Counted from the whole stretch's first letter, positions 40,201-54,630 are shown. The stretch: DNA of 63,964 bases, filler included, from Reclinomonas americana ATCC 50394 (GCA_048213135.1; 9 parts of 9 records of this genome joined end to end with filler, not necessarily neighbours in it); one strand, 5' to 3'. A program made the numbers and translations. Notes: generated by a model not told the origin, from the sequence alone.

Positions 40201-43200
40201 AGTTCACGTACACGTGCGCACCACCTGATACGAGGAATCGACAGAGACAAGTCAACAAGGACGAACAGCAGTTGGAACACGAGAACAGGTCGAACCATTG
40301 ACGTTGCCGAGACCTCCTGTGGAATTGGTGACGTCGACGTGCCCGTTGATCATTGTCGTGTTGAAAATGCCGACCGTGGCCTTGGCGCACGCTAGTCAGA
40401 AGAGACACGCGTGCCAACAAGTACGCAAACGATGTTCAGGCCAGGAAACACACACCGTGGCAGGACTTGTGCTGATGGCGAGAATGTAGAGGCCAGCGCC
40501 GCCGTTCACATTGACGCCATTGATTGCCACAGCCGACGGCACATGCACATCGTGGTCCACAAACGTACAGTTGGAGACAGCAAAGCCGCCAACAGCTGGA
40601 CCCACAGCAAACGACTGCGGATCGACCGACACATACTGGTAGACACCGGCACCTGAGCGTAGAGAGAGAGTCAGTCAGTGAGTGGGTGAGTTAAAGGCAG
40701 GAGTGAGTGACATGTAAAAGGCACCTCCAATAGCGTTGACAGCCAGCGGCCCACCAGTGGCCACGCAACCGAGCGCCTCGATTCGATTTCGCGCAAACAA
40801 CGATTGCGCCACCTCCACCAGCATGGAGGAGCCGCCAACGTTGGAGCCACGGACCACGGAGCCGAAAATGACCACGGCGCCTGCAAAAAAATAAAAAAAG
40901 TGAGCCTCTGTGCGCTGTGGCTACGACCAGCAAACTTGCTCTGCCTATATCTATAGTTGTCACCTCCGCCAAACACACTCGATGCCACAATATCCGACAG
41001 CTCCACAGAGTTGTCGGTGACAATGTTGTACCGGAAATCAGCTTGCGTCTCCTGCAGACCAATGGCCGACGACTCAAAGTACACGGCGCTGCCACCGAAC
41101 AACGCGATTCCGGTGCCAGTGTTCACTGCACCGGCACGGAGCCGATTGCGGAGGAACTGGCAGCCGGCTACCACCACCGAGGTGACGGATGGCGCCGATT
41201 CGGCGTGGGCCTGTATAGACTATCAGCAGGTGCACTCAGCGCAACGGTCACTGTCTCTCCCCCGCTCCGTACCTGGTTGGTGGACGAAAACACTCGAAGG
41301 CCACCGCTGAGGCCACCATACTGCGTCGATGTCTGTCGGTAACCGGTGACCAGCGTGTCGGTGAGGGTCAGCTGGCCCACCAAGATGGTGTTCTCCACCG
41401 CACTTGCATTGTACATGCCATTTGAAAAGAGCGCGACAATGCCACCTGGCCACGCACACACTCGTCAGTCAGTCATCGCAGAGTGTGACAAAGATAAATG
41501 CACGGCATACGCACCATTGACATTGTACTGGGCGGTGGAGTCGCTGACATCCAGTGTAATGTTGCTACATTGCACGTTGGTGATGAGACTTGTCAGCTGC
41601 CGCAACGATCCGCACAGAACTGAGTGAGGTAGCGTCAATTGTACCACCACAAAACAATGCCCACTGCACCTGACTTGGGCCGAGAGCGGCATCGGCGGCA
41701 ATGGCCAGTGCACCACCACTGTTCACGTTGGTGCCATTAACACACATGGCGCCTGCCGCGGCCACTGTTGCATTAAAGAACGACGAGTCGGTCACATCGC
41801 TGACCAGATTGACAGCGTAGGCGCTGGTGCCGTGATGCAAGACGGGTTGGGCGGCCAGCACGTACACAAATCCACCACTGCGGTAGGAGGTCGTGAGCCA
41901 TGAACGGGAAACAAGCGCGGTCACGTCCGTCTGTGTGTCCGTACCCATTAAAGTTGATAAAGCTGGCTGTCATGTTTTGCGCCGAGAGCAGTGCATTGGA
42001 GAACGAGCACTGTTTTATCGCCAGCTCCACATTGTCGTTCGATGCGCTGCGACAAAAACGAGAACGCGTAAGCCACATCCACGCACACATAACAATCAGA
42101 AATGTGTGGAATACTACGAAACATAAACACCGACCCGCCACCAGCAAAGTTAGTCTCCGCATTGGCAAAGTCCAAGAGGGTAGTGGATCCCTCAAATGTG
42201 CTGTTCCCGAGACCAGCAATTGAATTGCCGACACCGCCGTTTGACGAAGCGTACGTGAAGACGTCGGCACCTACGCGGATCTGGGTCAGAACGTTGGGCC
42301 TGTACCAGCAAAACAGGAGAGAGTGCATGTACCTCCGAGCACATTGCGCCCGATGGCGCCTGCAGAGCGCGCCGATACCCGCTGTCCTCGGAACGTGCAG
42401 CCGCGAATGACACTGGTCACTTGCGAGACGCCGTTGTTGGTGTTGAACACTGACGAGTGCACAGCGCCGCCGAGCGAGTTCTCCAGCGCAGCGCTGCAAC
42501 GACGGCCACAGTCATGTGACGCAATGTAGGCAACATACATACGGTTCATGGAAATGTACGACGCAACAAGCTATTGTCGTGCACAGAAGCGCAGTTCACG
42601 ACGGTCGAATTGAGTACCGTGGTCTGCACTACCACCGAGTCCGTGCAAGCAAAGCATGCGCCGGATACAAACAGCGCCGCGCCACCCGCAATATTCTGCA
42701 CACGGAATGAGTGAACCACGGGCAGCCAAACCAAGAAGAACACGAATCCGACATACCGAAGCCACAGATCCTGCCCCCGACGCATTGATTGTGTTCCCGA
42801 TGAACGAACATCCTATCGAACTGCTCGACAGTGTGCGTTAGCAGACGCAAATGGTGGCCAAGAAATTGAAAGGCATACTCAACGTATGAGCAATGGTCGG
42901 CGGTGTGGTGCCGTATGCAATCGCATACTGGTGCAGAGTTCCGCCACCTGCGTCATGCCAAACACATTAGTGTCTTACGCCGATGCGAGCAGAGTAGCAA
43001 ACACTTTCTTTCGTACACGACACTCACCGATAAAGTTCATGAGCAAGGCAGCGATATTGACGGCCGTCAGCGTGTTGTTCTCGCTGTGCACGGACTGCAG
43101 TTCCAGGGTGACTGCGATGGAGTCTCCTTGTGCCATTACCATCAGTGCACCACCTGCATCGCGCACTCCATAATCATCAGCATCCACTCAAGCTGTCATT

Positions 43201-45001
43201 CAACACACACTCCCAGCAACAGAGCACGCCGCACCAATGGCATTGATAAGTGAGTTCATCAACGTCGCCTGCACACTGTTGTTGGAGACCACCGTGTCCT
43301 CCATCGTCAGCTGCACAAGCACCGGCTCCGTGCCTTTGACGGGATCCGAATACAACGCCTCTTCGACCACCAGTTGCAGCGCAGCTGCATCGACCGCGGA
43401 TTGCGAATGAGAGCGTGCACGGGAGTGAAGGAAGGACTACGTGGGAGCACACACCACCGCCGATGCCAGCAAGCTTCTCCGTCGCGATGTTGGTGTTGAA
43501 CCAGAAGGAGTTGCGCAGGAGCTGGCAGTTGGTCACCGACGCCGTGACATTGGAGGCACTGTAGCGGGACACCAGCCAGACGGTGAGCGCGCCACCAACA
43601 TACAAGTCAGCTGCCACCGCCGGCATCTGGTTCACGTTGACCACATTGTCGGTCACATTGACCGAATTCAGTTGTATCGACCACAAAAACGATGCAGCGG
43701 TCGGTACTGCGGCTAGCCGTGCACGACAACAAGTGTGAGTGAGCGTGAGGACAAAGCAAGTAGACTCCACAAACCGGCGGTAGTGAAATTGCTGCAGAGG
43801 ATGAACATGGCGGCACCTCCGTAGATGGTGGCATCCGGCAGGACCGTCGCACTCGGCTGGAAGCCCGGCGAGCCCACCACGACAACGTTGCCTTGAAACA
43901 CCGAGTTGGAGACGGAGACTTGTTGCACGTGACCGGCTGCGGTGACGGCCAAGCCGGCACCACCAACCGTGGTCACGTTGGCAGCGAGAGGCGACGACGA
44001 CAGCACATGCACAGTGTTGTTGACAAAGTGCGTGCCGTCCACCGTCAGCACCTGCACCGTGTCGATCCACACACCGGCGCCGGCAATGACTGAGCCGACC
44101 AACTGCGACGAACTCGCCGCAGACGCCGGCTGCGACACGGTGTTGCGAGCAAACAGCGAGGAGCGCACATCGACCAGCGCTGCACCGCCACTGACAGCCA
44201 CACCTGCGCCACGCACAGCCGTATTGTCGGCAAAGGTGCAGCTGTCCACGTGCAGTTCGGCGGCACTGCCTGTGAACTGCACGGCGACGGCGCCTGCTGC
44301 GGCTCCCTGGACCTGCACACGCTCCATACTGCACGACTGCGAGGCTTGCACCTGTATGGCAGGGACGGTCGCACTCGCCGCCGCCGTCAGCGACAACCCG
44401 GAGAGCACAACATTTGCCGCCCCCGACACCGACAGCGCCGATGCCGCACTTCCGCCCAAACTCAGCTCGGCTACACCCATGGAACAAGACAAGGTGACGT
44501 TGGCCACGCTGGCAAAACTCAGCGGCGCCGTCAGTGCAGGATACACGCCCGGCGACAGCACCAGCTGCAAGTGCGCGAGTGTCAACACATAGAAAAAAAC
44601 GAACACACAGTGGACACACGCACCTCCACTGCCGACAGGGGACTCGTTGGTGTCGGCGAGCACAGCGTGGCAGCGCGGGTCAGTGAGCACGGATCAACTG
44701 CTGTGCACATGGCGGTCGAAGCCGACGACCCCGACGCAGATGCATAGGCCACACATGCTGGCGCCAGCATCGCCTCTCCACTCCGTATCCTCGTCCTGCT
44801 CCGCCTCCTCCCCTCCTCCTCCTCCAGCCGCGCAACGCCACGCTGCGGCGGCGGCGCAGCAGACCGCCTCTCTGCCGCGGCCTCATTCATCATCATCGTC
44901 ATCATCAGCATCATCATTACCATCATCGACACCAGCACCAGCAGCAACAGCGGTAATCTTCGCTGCCGCCGGCCGCCAGCAGCCGCAGCCGCCGCAGGCA
45001 T
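31235..45001 (-). CDS. Giant cell-surface protein: signal/anchor, GGA(I/V)..FxxN (PMP-like beta-helix) repeats, Cys-rich region, multi-pass C-terminal membrane domain
   Basis: Dozens of GGA/FxxN motifs (FTQNWAVVSGGAV, FTSNHADFGGAL, FINNISATSGGAV). Cys-rich CGVGTGY..CTSC..CSVCP..LCGVCNEGY. Several hydrophobic helices in 31480-33230. Many exons. Confidence 0.8.
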
Positions 45002-45298
45002 CGGTGCGTGGGGGTGAATGTGGGAGTGTGAAAGAGGACAGTGGAAGTGGACAGAGGGCGGCTCACTCGCGCGTTCCCGCAATTCATTCACGCGCACAGA
45101 CGCAGAGCGATGCCTCGATGACGGTTTGCGTGCGAGTTGAACTCACTGTGTGTATGTGTGTGCATGTGCTCACTTGTGTTCTCTCCCTCCCTCTTGTGCC
45201 AGCTACGGCGTGGAAGTCGAGGTGTGTATCATTTGAGTGACGCGCGCGCCACCACAGAGTCACTTGCAGTGGCATCGACGATTACCACCGCTGTGGCT

Positions 45299-48200
45299 AT
45301 GCCGGTGGATGTGGAGGCGGTGGTGGCAACATCAGCAGCGGCACCGGTGTCGCTGTTGGCGCGCCGGGCGGTGACCACCAACAGCCATTCACTGTCGCCG
45401 AGGTGAGTGCGTGACTGTGTGTGCGTGTGCGTCTGTGTGCGACTGTGCATTGATGAGTGCTGTGTGCGCAGTGCATCTTCGCGGTCTCGGTTGAGCACGC
45501 TGCGCAGCGTCACTCGTGATGTGATGATGGTGGACGATGATGAAGAAGATGAGCAGGTCGATATCGATTGTCGACCTCTCTCGTCTCCTCTGTGCCTTCC
45601 CTCCTCTGTCGTGTCGCGTGTGCCGCTGAGTGAGGCTGAGGTGGTGGACTTGCTGCAAGAGTCCGCTGCCCTGTCATCGCCACCGCCGCGACCACCAGCA
45701 CCTCCTGTGCAGTCCATGTTTGTGGACGGCGCCGGCAACGACGGCTCTGTTGACGAGTCCGACCTGTTGCTCTGTCTCAGCGACTTGGCGACCGAGCATG
45801 TGAACATGTCACCGCCGGTGGACGATGACCTTGGCACTCCTCCTCCGCCCCTTCCTCCGCCACCGCCACCGCCACCGCCACCAGCTGCGGTGTTGCCGCG
45901 TCAGTTGGGCGACTACTTGGGAGTGGATGCGCCGGAGATTGTGGAAAAGTACGCCGCCATGGGCATCGTGGAGTTGCACCCGTGGCAGCGCGAGGCGCTG
46001 AGCTCGCCCGGTGTGCTCGATCGCCATCGCAGCCTGGTGTACACGGCGCCAACCAGTGGTGGCAAGACTCTCGGTTGCGTGCTCGCCTGGCACTGCGATC
46101 GGTGACCACTCGCTCACGTACTCACACGACACAGTGGCCGAGATCCTTCTCCTCCGCCGCCTGCTGCTCACGGGTCACAAGGCGCTCGTCATCTTGCCGT
46201 TTGTCAGCATTGTGCGCGAAAAGGCAAAACAGCTGTCTCGAGTTGCGTGGAACTCCTCTCGCTCCCTGTGTTCACTCACTCACCCACTCATCCGCCGACA
46301 GATCCTGAAGCCCGACGGCTTCACCGTCTCGGCGCATTACAACGTGGTTGGCGGCTCACTCGGCGAGGATGAGCACGTGGCGGTGGCCACCATTGAAAAG
46401 GCCGCCGGCATGGTGAATCGTCTCATTGAGGAGGGTCGTGTGCGCGAGCTCGGCACGGTGGTGGTGGACGAGGCGCACATGATGGGCGATCCATCACGCG
46501 GCTTTCAGATTGAGTGCACGCTGACCAAGCTCCGCCACGCCGTCGGCGCTCAGCTGCAGGTGGTGGCCATGAGTGCCACGCTGCCCAACATGCCCGACAT
46601 TGCGCACTGGCTCGACGCCGTGCTGTACCAGACGTCGTTTCGACCCACGCAACTTGACGAGTGCTTTGCCATGGAGGGACGAGGCGAAACCGACGGTGGG
46701 CAGGAGTACTTGGTGTTGCACGATCGAGTTCCGTGTGGTTGTTTGCTTTTTTCTTTCATTGACTTGTTGACCAGCTCTGACCGGGTGGCAACACACACAC
46801 ACACAGAGTGGCCAACCGAGTCAGTACGTGAACCCGAGCGACGGACAACTGTGCACTCGTCGGCTGCCGGTGTTGCCTGTCAGCCAAACCACAACTGTGT
46901 TCAGCAACAACATCCACCAGTTCCTCTTCCGTGCAGTTGCGCACCGGCCAACATTTCCCTTTTTTCCTCCCCTTGCTGGCCTTTCTGCTTACCACGCAGC
47001 GCAGGGTTTCAACACGATTCACGACAGTGTGCTTCGGGGCGAGGGTGTGCTGGTGTTTTGTGCGACCAAGAACAATTGCATCGAGTTTGCGCGCGGTTTT
47101 GCGCAGAGGGCCAATGGAGTTGGTGCGTGGTGACGCGACATGAACACTGTGTGCCACGATGTTGACCCCCTCCCNNNNNNNNNNNNNNNNNNNNNNNNNN
47201 NNNNNNNNNNNNNNNNNNTTAATTAATTAANNNNNNNNNNNNNNNNNNNNNNNNNNNNNNNNNNNNNNNNNNNNACTCCACCCGATCTCCGAGGTGTGTA
47301 TTGTTTCGTTGGGGAGAAAGTCCCGTGGTTCTTCCTCGCTTATGTCGTTTACACACAGATGCCGCGGCGAGGTATCTACGGCCGGATCCCGCATGCCTGG
47401 CTCGCATCGAGAAGCTGCAGCGCAAGCTGCGTCTGGCCTCGGCAGGTGGTCCCGACTCGATGTTTCTGTTGGAGTGCATCGGTCGTCGGGCGGCCTGGCA
47501 TCACGCCGGCCTCACCCTGGAGGAGCGTGCACTGGTGGAGCGCGCCTTTCTCAAGGGCACTATCCTGGTCATTTTTGCCACCACCACACTGTCGGCCGGC
47601 GTCAACCTGCCTGGTGTGTGTGCCACTGTGTGTTTCGTGAAGGAAAATCTCCTACTGACGGTGGGACACAGCGCGCAAGGTCGTGTTTCTCGGCATGAAT
47701 AGCGGCATCCAACCGCTGTCTCGCGTGGTGTACCAGCAAGCTCGAGGGCGCGCCGGTCGCGGTCCGCTCTCTGGCGAGTCCATCCTCATTGTGCCGCGCC
47801 AGCAGCACCGAAACAAGCAGGACGCCATTATCGAGCTGATGACTGCAGGCCTCGACCCGCTCGCCAGTGCACTGGCGAATGCCGTCACCGGTACTGCTGC
47901 CGCCGCCGCCGCCGCGGCTGCTGCTGCCTCCAGTAGCAGACGAGAGCAGTCAACTGAAGCCGCGCCTCGGTTGCTGCTGGATGTCATTGGCTGTGAACTG
48001 GTGCGCACCGTGGAGGCCGCATGCGAGCTGTTTGCCACCACCTTTCTGGCGTACGAGAGGTACTGATAGTGCGCCAGGCGGCACGCGAAAAAATGCTTGT
48101 TATAACGCTGCGTGTCGCATGCAGGCGCGATCAGGGCGACCAGTACGTGAAGTCGCTGGTCGAGTGCTCGGTTGACACTCTCCAGCGACGCGGCCTGCTC

Positions 48201-49613
48201 GACGTGGACGCGGACGGGCGGTCACTCAAAGTCACACCCCAAGGCTATGCGGTCTTTGCGAGTGGCATGGCGCCCGCCGATGCAGAGGTCGTGTGTTCGC
48301 ACTTGCGCGAGGCCATGAACGGATTGGTGCTGTCCACCGAGTTGCACCTGGTGTACCTGGCCACTCCCGTGCCGATCCCGGCCGAGATCATCTCCTCGTG
48401 CTCGTGGAGCCGCTTGGATTCGGCGCTGAAGCGCCTCAACCGCGACGAGCTGAATGTGGCCGAGCGGTGTGGTGTGCGCCTCGGCTACGTTTTCAGCAAG
48501 TCGTCGTCGGCCAACGATGCACCTGGGGTGCGTCGCGCAGTGCTGGCTGACCAGCTACGATCGAAGCCCTGCTAACCACCATCCTTCGTGTCGCAGATCG
48601 TGTACCAGCGCTTCTGGGTCGCTCTCATTCTGCACGATATCATTCGAGAAAAGCCGCTGGCGAGCATCACCAAGGAGTTGCGTGCATGCCACTGGAGAGA
48701 AAAGTCGCGGACGTTTGTGCTCACGCCGCACAACGTGTCTCGCACCAGCTACGGAATCGATGGTGGCGCACTGCAGAGCCTGCAAGTCCGAGCCGGCTCG
48801 TTTTGCAGCAGTGTGCAAGCGCTGTGCGAGCGCATCGGCAACGGCACCAACATCTTCGGCTACAAGTGTCTGGCCAGCACTCTCAGTACCTACAAGGACC
48901 GCATCAGCTTTGCCGCGCGTGCCGACATTCTCGCTCTGTGCCAGGTACCATACGTGGGCCCTCATCGTGCACGGTCTGTCGTTCAAGTCTCTGTGCAGTA
49001 GCCACCCGCACTCTGCTGACGTTCGTCACATCACAGCATTCTCATTGGCGACTTCAAGACGCCACAAGAGCTGGCAGTGGCGGACCCCGAAAGGGTGGCC
49101 GAGCTGCTGGTGCGTTTTTGTCATCCCCACGACGCGGTAACGATAGGCCTGCACTCAAATGCGTGCAACCATTTGCAGGAGCGCGACGAAGGTGGCGACC
49201 GTGAGTTTTACCGCCGCATTGCCATGAAAATTGTCAGTGGTGCGGCGCGCGTGGCGGAGCAGGTGTTGACGGAGAAGCGCGACGAATGGAAGCGCGTCAA
49301 AGCGCAGCTGATCGGCGACAAGCGCAAGAAGCAGCAACAGCAGCAGCAGAAGAACAAGAAGAAGAGACCGGCTGCGAAGCGAGGAGTGGCTGTCGCACGT
49401 GCTGTGCGCGGCAAGGCTGCGACGGCGTCTGGCGGCAAGCGTGGTACAAGGAGCGACAAGTCACCCCGCCCGTCCATGTCCGCCTCCTCGCGGGCCGCCA
49501 GCCAGCTACTGATGCGCAGTGTGGCCGTCTCTGCTTCTTCGCCATCGCGCAAGTCGCTCAAGAAGCTGCTGCTGACCCCGCCGTCGTCGCCACTCCCGCT
49601 TCGGACGGCGCCA

Positions 49614-49645
<32 letters not shown>

Positions 49646-52600
49646 GCCAGCAGCGTCGTCATCCATGTCAGTCGCCGACCGTGCACTGTTGCGTTGTTTC
49701 CCAACTTTCTTTGGTTCACTCATGTCTGACACACTTGTCGCTGCGCAGCAGGGAAACCGTCATCTCAGGCAAGCGGTCGGCCGCGGAGCAATCCCTTGCC
49801 GTTGTCGACGACGATGCTCTCGGTGTGGAGGACGACGACGATGATGATGACGACGCGGAAATGCTGCGCTTGCTGCACGACTTGTCGTCGATTCGTCCAT
49901 GTGACAGTGACCATGACGACGGACCGCCTCGTAAGCGTCCGTGCATTGCTGTTGACGAGATGCAATCTGTTTCTATTACGACGACAACAACGACCACTAC
50001 CACCACCACCACACCCACGACACCGCCACGGTCAGCTGCCGCTGCTACCGACTCAGCGCCCACTTTTGTCGTGCCCTCGAGTGCGTACGTGTACGTGATA
50101 CATGAGTTCCATGGCCGTCGATTGACCCTTGTGTTGTTGCAGCACTCACGGGAACCAGTCCATCATCTCGTGTGCCGCTGCATGGCGGCTCGGCATCTCG
50201 GTCGATGAAAGCGATTCTTGCAGCCATGGACATGGTGGATGATGACGACGGCAGCGGCGTCGATGGAGTGGCCACAGGTCGTGGTCCGAGCGACAAGCAC
50301 TCTGCCGTGCAGATGCTGCAGGAGTTGCGTGGACAAGGTACACAAACCCGTTTCCGTGCCCATGGGCAGGCCGCAGCGCCGGCTCGTCGGACCGGTGGCG
50401 CACAAAAGGTACGTCTGTACATGCATTGCTGTGTGACTGAAGTTGGTGCCCACCATCTGTGGTGTGTAGAAACTGACTACGGTGCCGGTGAAACTCGCCA
50501 CCTCGTCGTCGTCGCCATCCAAGTCGCCGGCGGGTGACGGGCCGGCGGTATCGTTGCGTTGTGTGTGTGGGAGGAATATGTGCCGCGCAGTGTGGTGCCG
50601 ACCTTTTTCACTCTCTTGCAGGGTGTTCATGGTGGACTCGGCGGAGAAGTTGGCTCGCTTTGTTGCGCGGTGGTCGTCACAGTCGTCGTTTGCCATCCTG
50701 ATGGATGTGGAGGTGCCGCGACGTGCACAGGCCACTGCCACGGTCTGCAATCAGGAAATTTGATTGCTTTACACACCTCCGCCACGAGGCTCACTGATTT
50801 CGTACAGGCTGATCGAGTCGCGCGCATTCACGTCTGTTGGGAGGACTCGGCCGTGTACACATGTCCGCTGTTGGCCGACAGTGACCGCGATAGTGCCGTA
50901 GACGCTGCTGCGGTGTGGGCCGCCATCGCCACGGTCCTTGAGAAGCCCGACACGACCAAGGTGATGGCCAGCTGCAGCACCCACATGCATCACTTGCTGG
51001 AGAAGGGAGTAGCTGGTGAGCGAGCGCAAAAAAATGCGTCTGTTGAGTTCACCAAGCTGACCGAAAAAATGCAGTGGCGGGTTCGTATCACGATCCTCTG
51101 GTGGCTGCATGGCTGGTGGCACCGGAGATCACCGCCAAGAGTGTGGATGCGCTGTTTCTTCGATTGCATGCTCACTTTGACGATCAGTTCACGCCCTCCT
51201 TCTCCGTCGCCGGCGGCTTCCACCTCGGGGCGCGACATGTTGCGTGCATGCTTGTGCACAGTCACTTACTTTTTGTCAGCGCGCGCAATGCTAATCGCCG
51301 CCGGCATCTGTATAGTGTCTGTACTCGTGGCGACTGATGCAAGTGTTGCGTGGCCGGCTGGAGGAGACGCAGCAGTTGCGCCTGTTCTGCGAGGTGGAGA
51401 TGCCCGTGTGCACTGTCCTCGCACGCATGCAACTGGTGGGCGTCGGTTTCGACGCTCAGGTGAGGCTTCGCGCCTGTTGCGCAATCCGTGGTCAGGAGTT
51501 AGCTCTGCACTAACACTCGATGGTTTTTTGTGACCAGCATTGCACATCGTCGGCGGAGATGTTGCGGCAGTCGATTCGTCGTCTCGAAGCCGAGGCGCAC
51601 GCCCTGGTCGGGTACACCTTCAACTTCCGCACCCCCAAGGATGTGAAACTGGCACTGCACCGCTCCGGTTGTGCCATCTCGCTCGATGCGAAGCGTGGCA
51701 CCGACGCCAAGACTCTGCGTGCGCTCGCCGCCTCCGGTTCACGCATGGCCACGTTGGTGCTGCAGCTGCGCACGCAAGCGTATTTGTTGCGCAAGGTAGA
51801 CGACCTGCCAAGGTGAGAGGGCGTGCATGTGCACTTGTTTCGGTACGCTTGTAACCAACCTGTGTGGGGCGGGGGAGTGTAGAAAAGTGCGTGCCACCAC
51901 TGGCCGTCTGCATCCGCGGTTCCTGTCGGCCAGCTGCATCACGGGGCGAGTGCAGAGTGAGGCACCGAGCTTGCGTTCGATTGCGAATCCCGTCACATTC
52001 GATGCCATGGTGGCGGACAGGTGCGAATGGTGGCGCAGTGTGCGAGGAGTGGCCTGCTGGTTTCTGACTGCTCGTTGCAGTGCACAACCAGTGTCGCGAA
52101 CAATTGCGCTGCGGTGTGCGTTTGCGGCCACCGCAGACCACACGCTGGTGGCGATCGATTATGCACAAGTCGAGTTGCGCCTGCTGGCACAGCTGTCGCG
52201 TGACCCGTACTTGCTGGCGATTTTTGCAGCCGAACGGTACCAGCTCACGTAATAGAATAATGTTTTCTTCGCCGTAGACTCACTGTGGCAATGGCAGATC
52301 CACCGTGCCTGTGGCTGGCATGGGCTTTGTCGGTGAGGACGTGTACTGCCGTATTGCGCGTCGTGTGTTCCGTGTGGCAGACGCGGCCGCTGTGCCGACG
52401 CCCGTGCGCGCTCGTACTCGTCGAGTGGTGTCGGCCATTCTGCAAGGTGAGCGAGAAGAGAACAGGGTTGCCATGCACATGCAGTTATTCATTCTTCTTG
52501 TGTGAGTACAGGGCAATCTGAGTTTTCGCTGCGGTCGCGCCTGCCGGGCTCCGACGCCGAGATTCAGGAGACATTCCGCGGCTTCTATCGCTCCTTCCCG

Positions 52601-53366
52601 CAAGTCGCCGCCTTTCTGACCGAGCAGCAGCAGTTCTGCCGCACTCACGGCTACGTGCAGACGCTGTTTGGTGTGCACGTGTCCTCCCTTCGTGGAACGT
52701 GTTGGTGGTGCCTGCTTTTTTTCACACCACCACACTCGTCGTCTGTGCACAGGACGTCGGCGACCGCTGCCCGAGATTGAGAGCAGCGACTGGAAAGAGC
52801 GCATGGCGGCCGAGCGGCAGGTCACGTGCACGATTGTGCAGGGCTCGACGGCCGACCTGCTCAAGCTGGCCCTGTTGCGCGTTCAGCGAGCAGTGAGCGT
52901 CCTGGGCAGTGTCGACAGCGACGACGAGAGCGCAAGGCTGTGGCCGCACGAGGATGCCGCCGACGACCGCCGCGCTGTGGCCGGTGTGTGTTGGCACGAT
53001 GACGACGACGACTCTTGTGCGTGTGCATGTCGTTGACTAATCTCCTGTGCACAGCGGCCACGGTGAGACTCGGACGGTCGCCGGTGCATCTGGTGGCGCA
53101 GGTGCACGACGAGCTGCTTCTCGACGTGCACGACTCGTGTCTCGAACCGGTGATGGTACGCGCTGTGTTGCTCATGTTTCCCCCGCTCTCCCACATCGCG
53201 CTGACAATGCTTCGCGCAGCGACTGCTTCGCACGCAAATGGAACTGGTTCTGACGCAAGACACGGGCGACATTCAGTGGCAATGCGAGGTACCGGTTCGC
53301 CTGGCCGTCGGCAAGTCGTGGGGCGAGCTGCAGAGCACCAGCCAAGCAGGCGGTGCCATGGGGTGA
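45299..53366 (+). CDS. POLQ: DNA polymerase theta (SF2 helicase plus family A polymerase); spans a gap
   Basis: Helicase motifs LHPWQ, APTSGGKT, ATIEKA, VVDEAH, MSATL, HHAGL, TLSAGVNLP, GRAGR. Polymerase motifs DYAQVELR, GYVQTLFGRRR, AERQ, QGSTADL, QVHDELL, GKSWG. About 26 exons. Confidence 0.93.
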
Positions 53367-53611
53367 CGTGTCCTCCCACCTCGTCATCATGATGATGATG
53401 ATTGATGCTCACCTGCGTGCGCGACAGTGGCGACGACGTACCGGACCCCCTGGAGGTCGACGACGAGCAAGGCGACGATGACGACGATTAGTCTGCGTGC
53501 CAGACACACACACGCGCGCTGCATTACGATTTTTCGAGGCGGAGGAGAAAAAAGCCAGGAGCAGGGGCGGGTCGCCATTCGCGATCGCCACCCCCCACGA
53601 CCTATGTGGCA

Positions 53612-54508
53612 TCAGTGGCCCTTCTTCTTCTTGAGGCCTTTTGTGCTGGTGCTGGCACGCTTCTCCCACTTGCTCTTCTTGAGCTTCACCGGCCGGTTGG
53701 CAATGTACTTGCCTGCAGAGACGCAATGATGAGTGTGTGTGCGTTCCAGTGCGAGAAAGGGAGCGGAAAAAGAAAGTCACCAAACCATTCATCTCTGTCA
53801 GCGCCGCCAAAAAGTCCTTGGGATCGAGGAACGACACAAAGCCGTAGCCACGAGTCTTTCCTGAGCGCTTGTCGCGCACCACACGCGCCTTGACAAAGCT
53901 CTTGTAGCGCGAAAAGGCCTCGGTCAAGTTGGCATCGGTGCACTCGTTGCCGAGATCGCCGACAAAGATGCGGAAGTCGTTGTCGGGCCAGTCGGCCAGC
54001 GAGTCGTCCTCCCACACCTGCCCGGCCACGCGCCGAATGTACCGCTTCTTGCCGTCCTCGTCCACACCATCATCGTCATCGTCGTCTCCTCTCGACGCTG
54101 CCGACGATTGCGATGGCGGTGGTGGCGGTGGCGGTGGCGGTGGTGGAGGCGGCGGAGGTGGTGGTGGCGGAGGAGGCACAGGGAAGCCATACATTGCCGC
54201 CTGATTCATGAGGAATGCCGGCATGCCTGGTGGCGGCGCCGGTCGCGGCGGAGGCGGTGGGGGTACGGCTATCGACAGCAAAGCGAGTCAGAATGCATGC
54301 ATGCATATATGCAGCGAAGAAGAAGAGAGGAGCGCAACGATAGTGCACTGGCATCATGTTCACTCGCTGCGCGGCCATTTGCGCAGCTGCCACGGCCGCT
54401 TGCACTTGTCCCGGCGGCGGAGGTGCCGCTGGTGCTGCTGCTGCTGCTGCAGGCTGCTATTCTGTGATAAGAAAACATGCACACAGCGCGGGAACACACA
54501 GCAGACAG
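53612..54508 (-). CDS. RBM42: RNA-binding protein 42 (tri-snRNP RRM protein); 5' end in gap
   Basis: WEDDSLADWPDNDFRIFVGDLGNE...ARVVRDKRSGKTRGYGFVSF...EMNGKYIANRPVKLKKSKW. Confidence 0.93.
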
Positions 54509-54630
54509 NNNNNNNNNNNNNNNNNNNNNNNNNNNNNNNNNNNNNNNNNNNNTTAATTAATTAANNNNNNNNNNNNNNNNNNNNNNNNNNNNNNNNNNNN
54601 NNNNNNNNACCGCCATCGCGAGCGTCGCCG

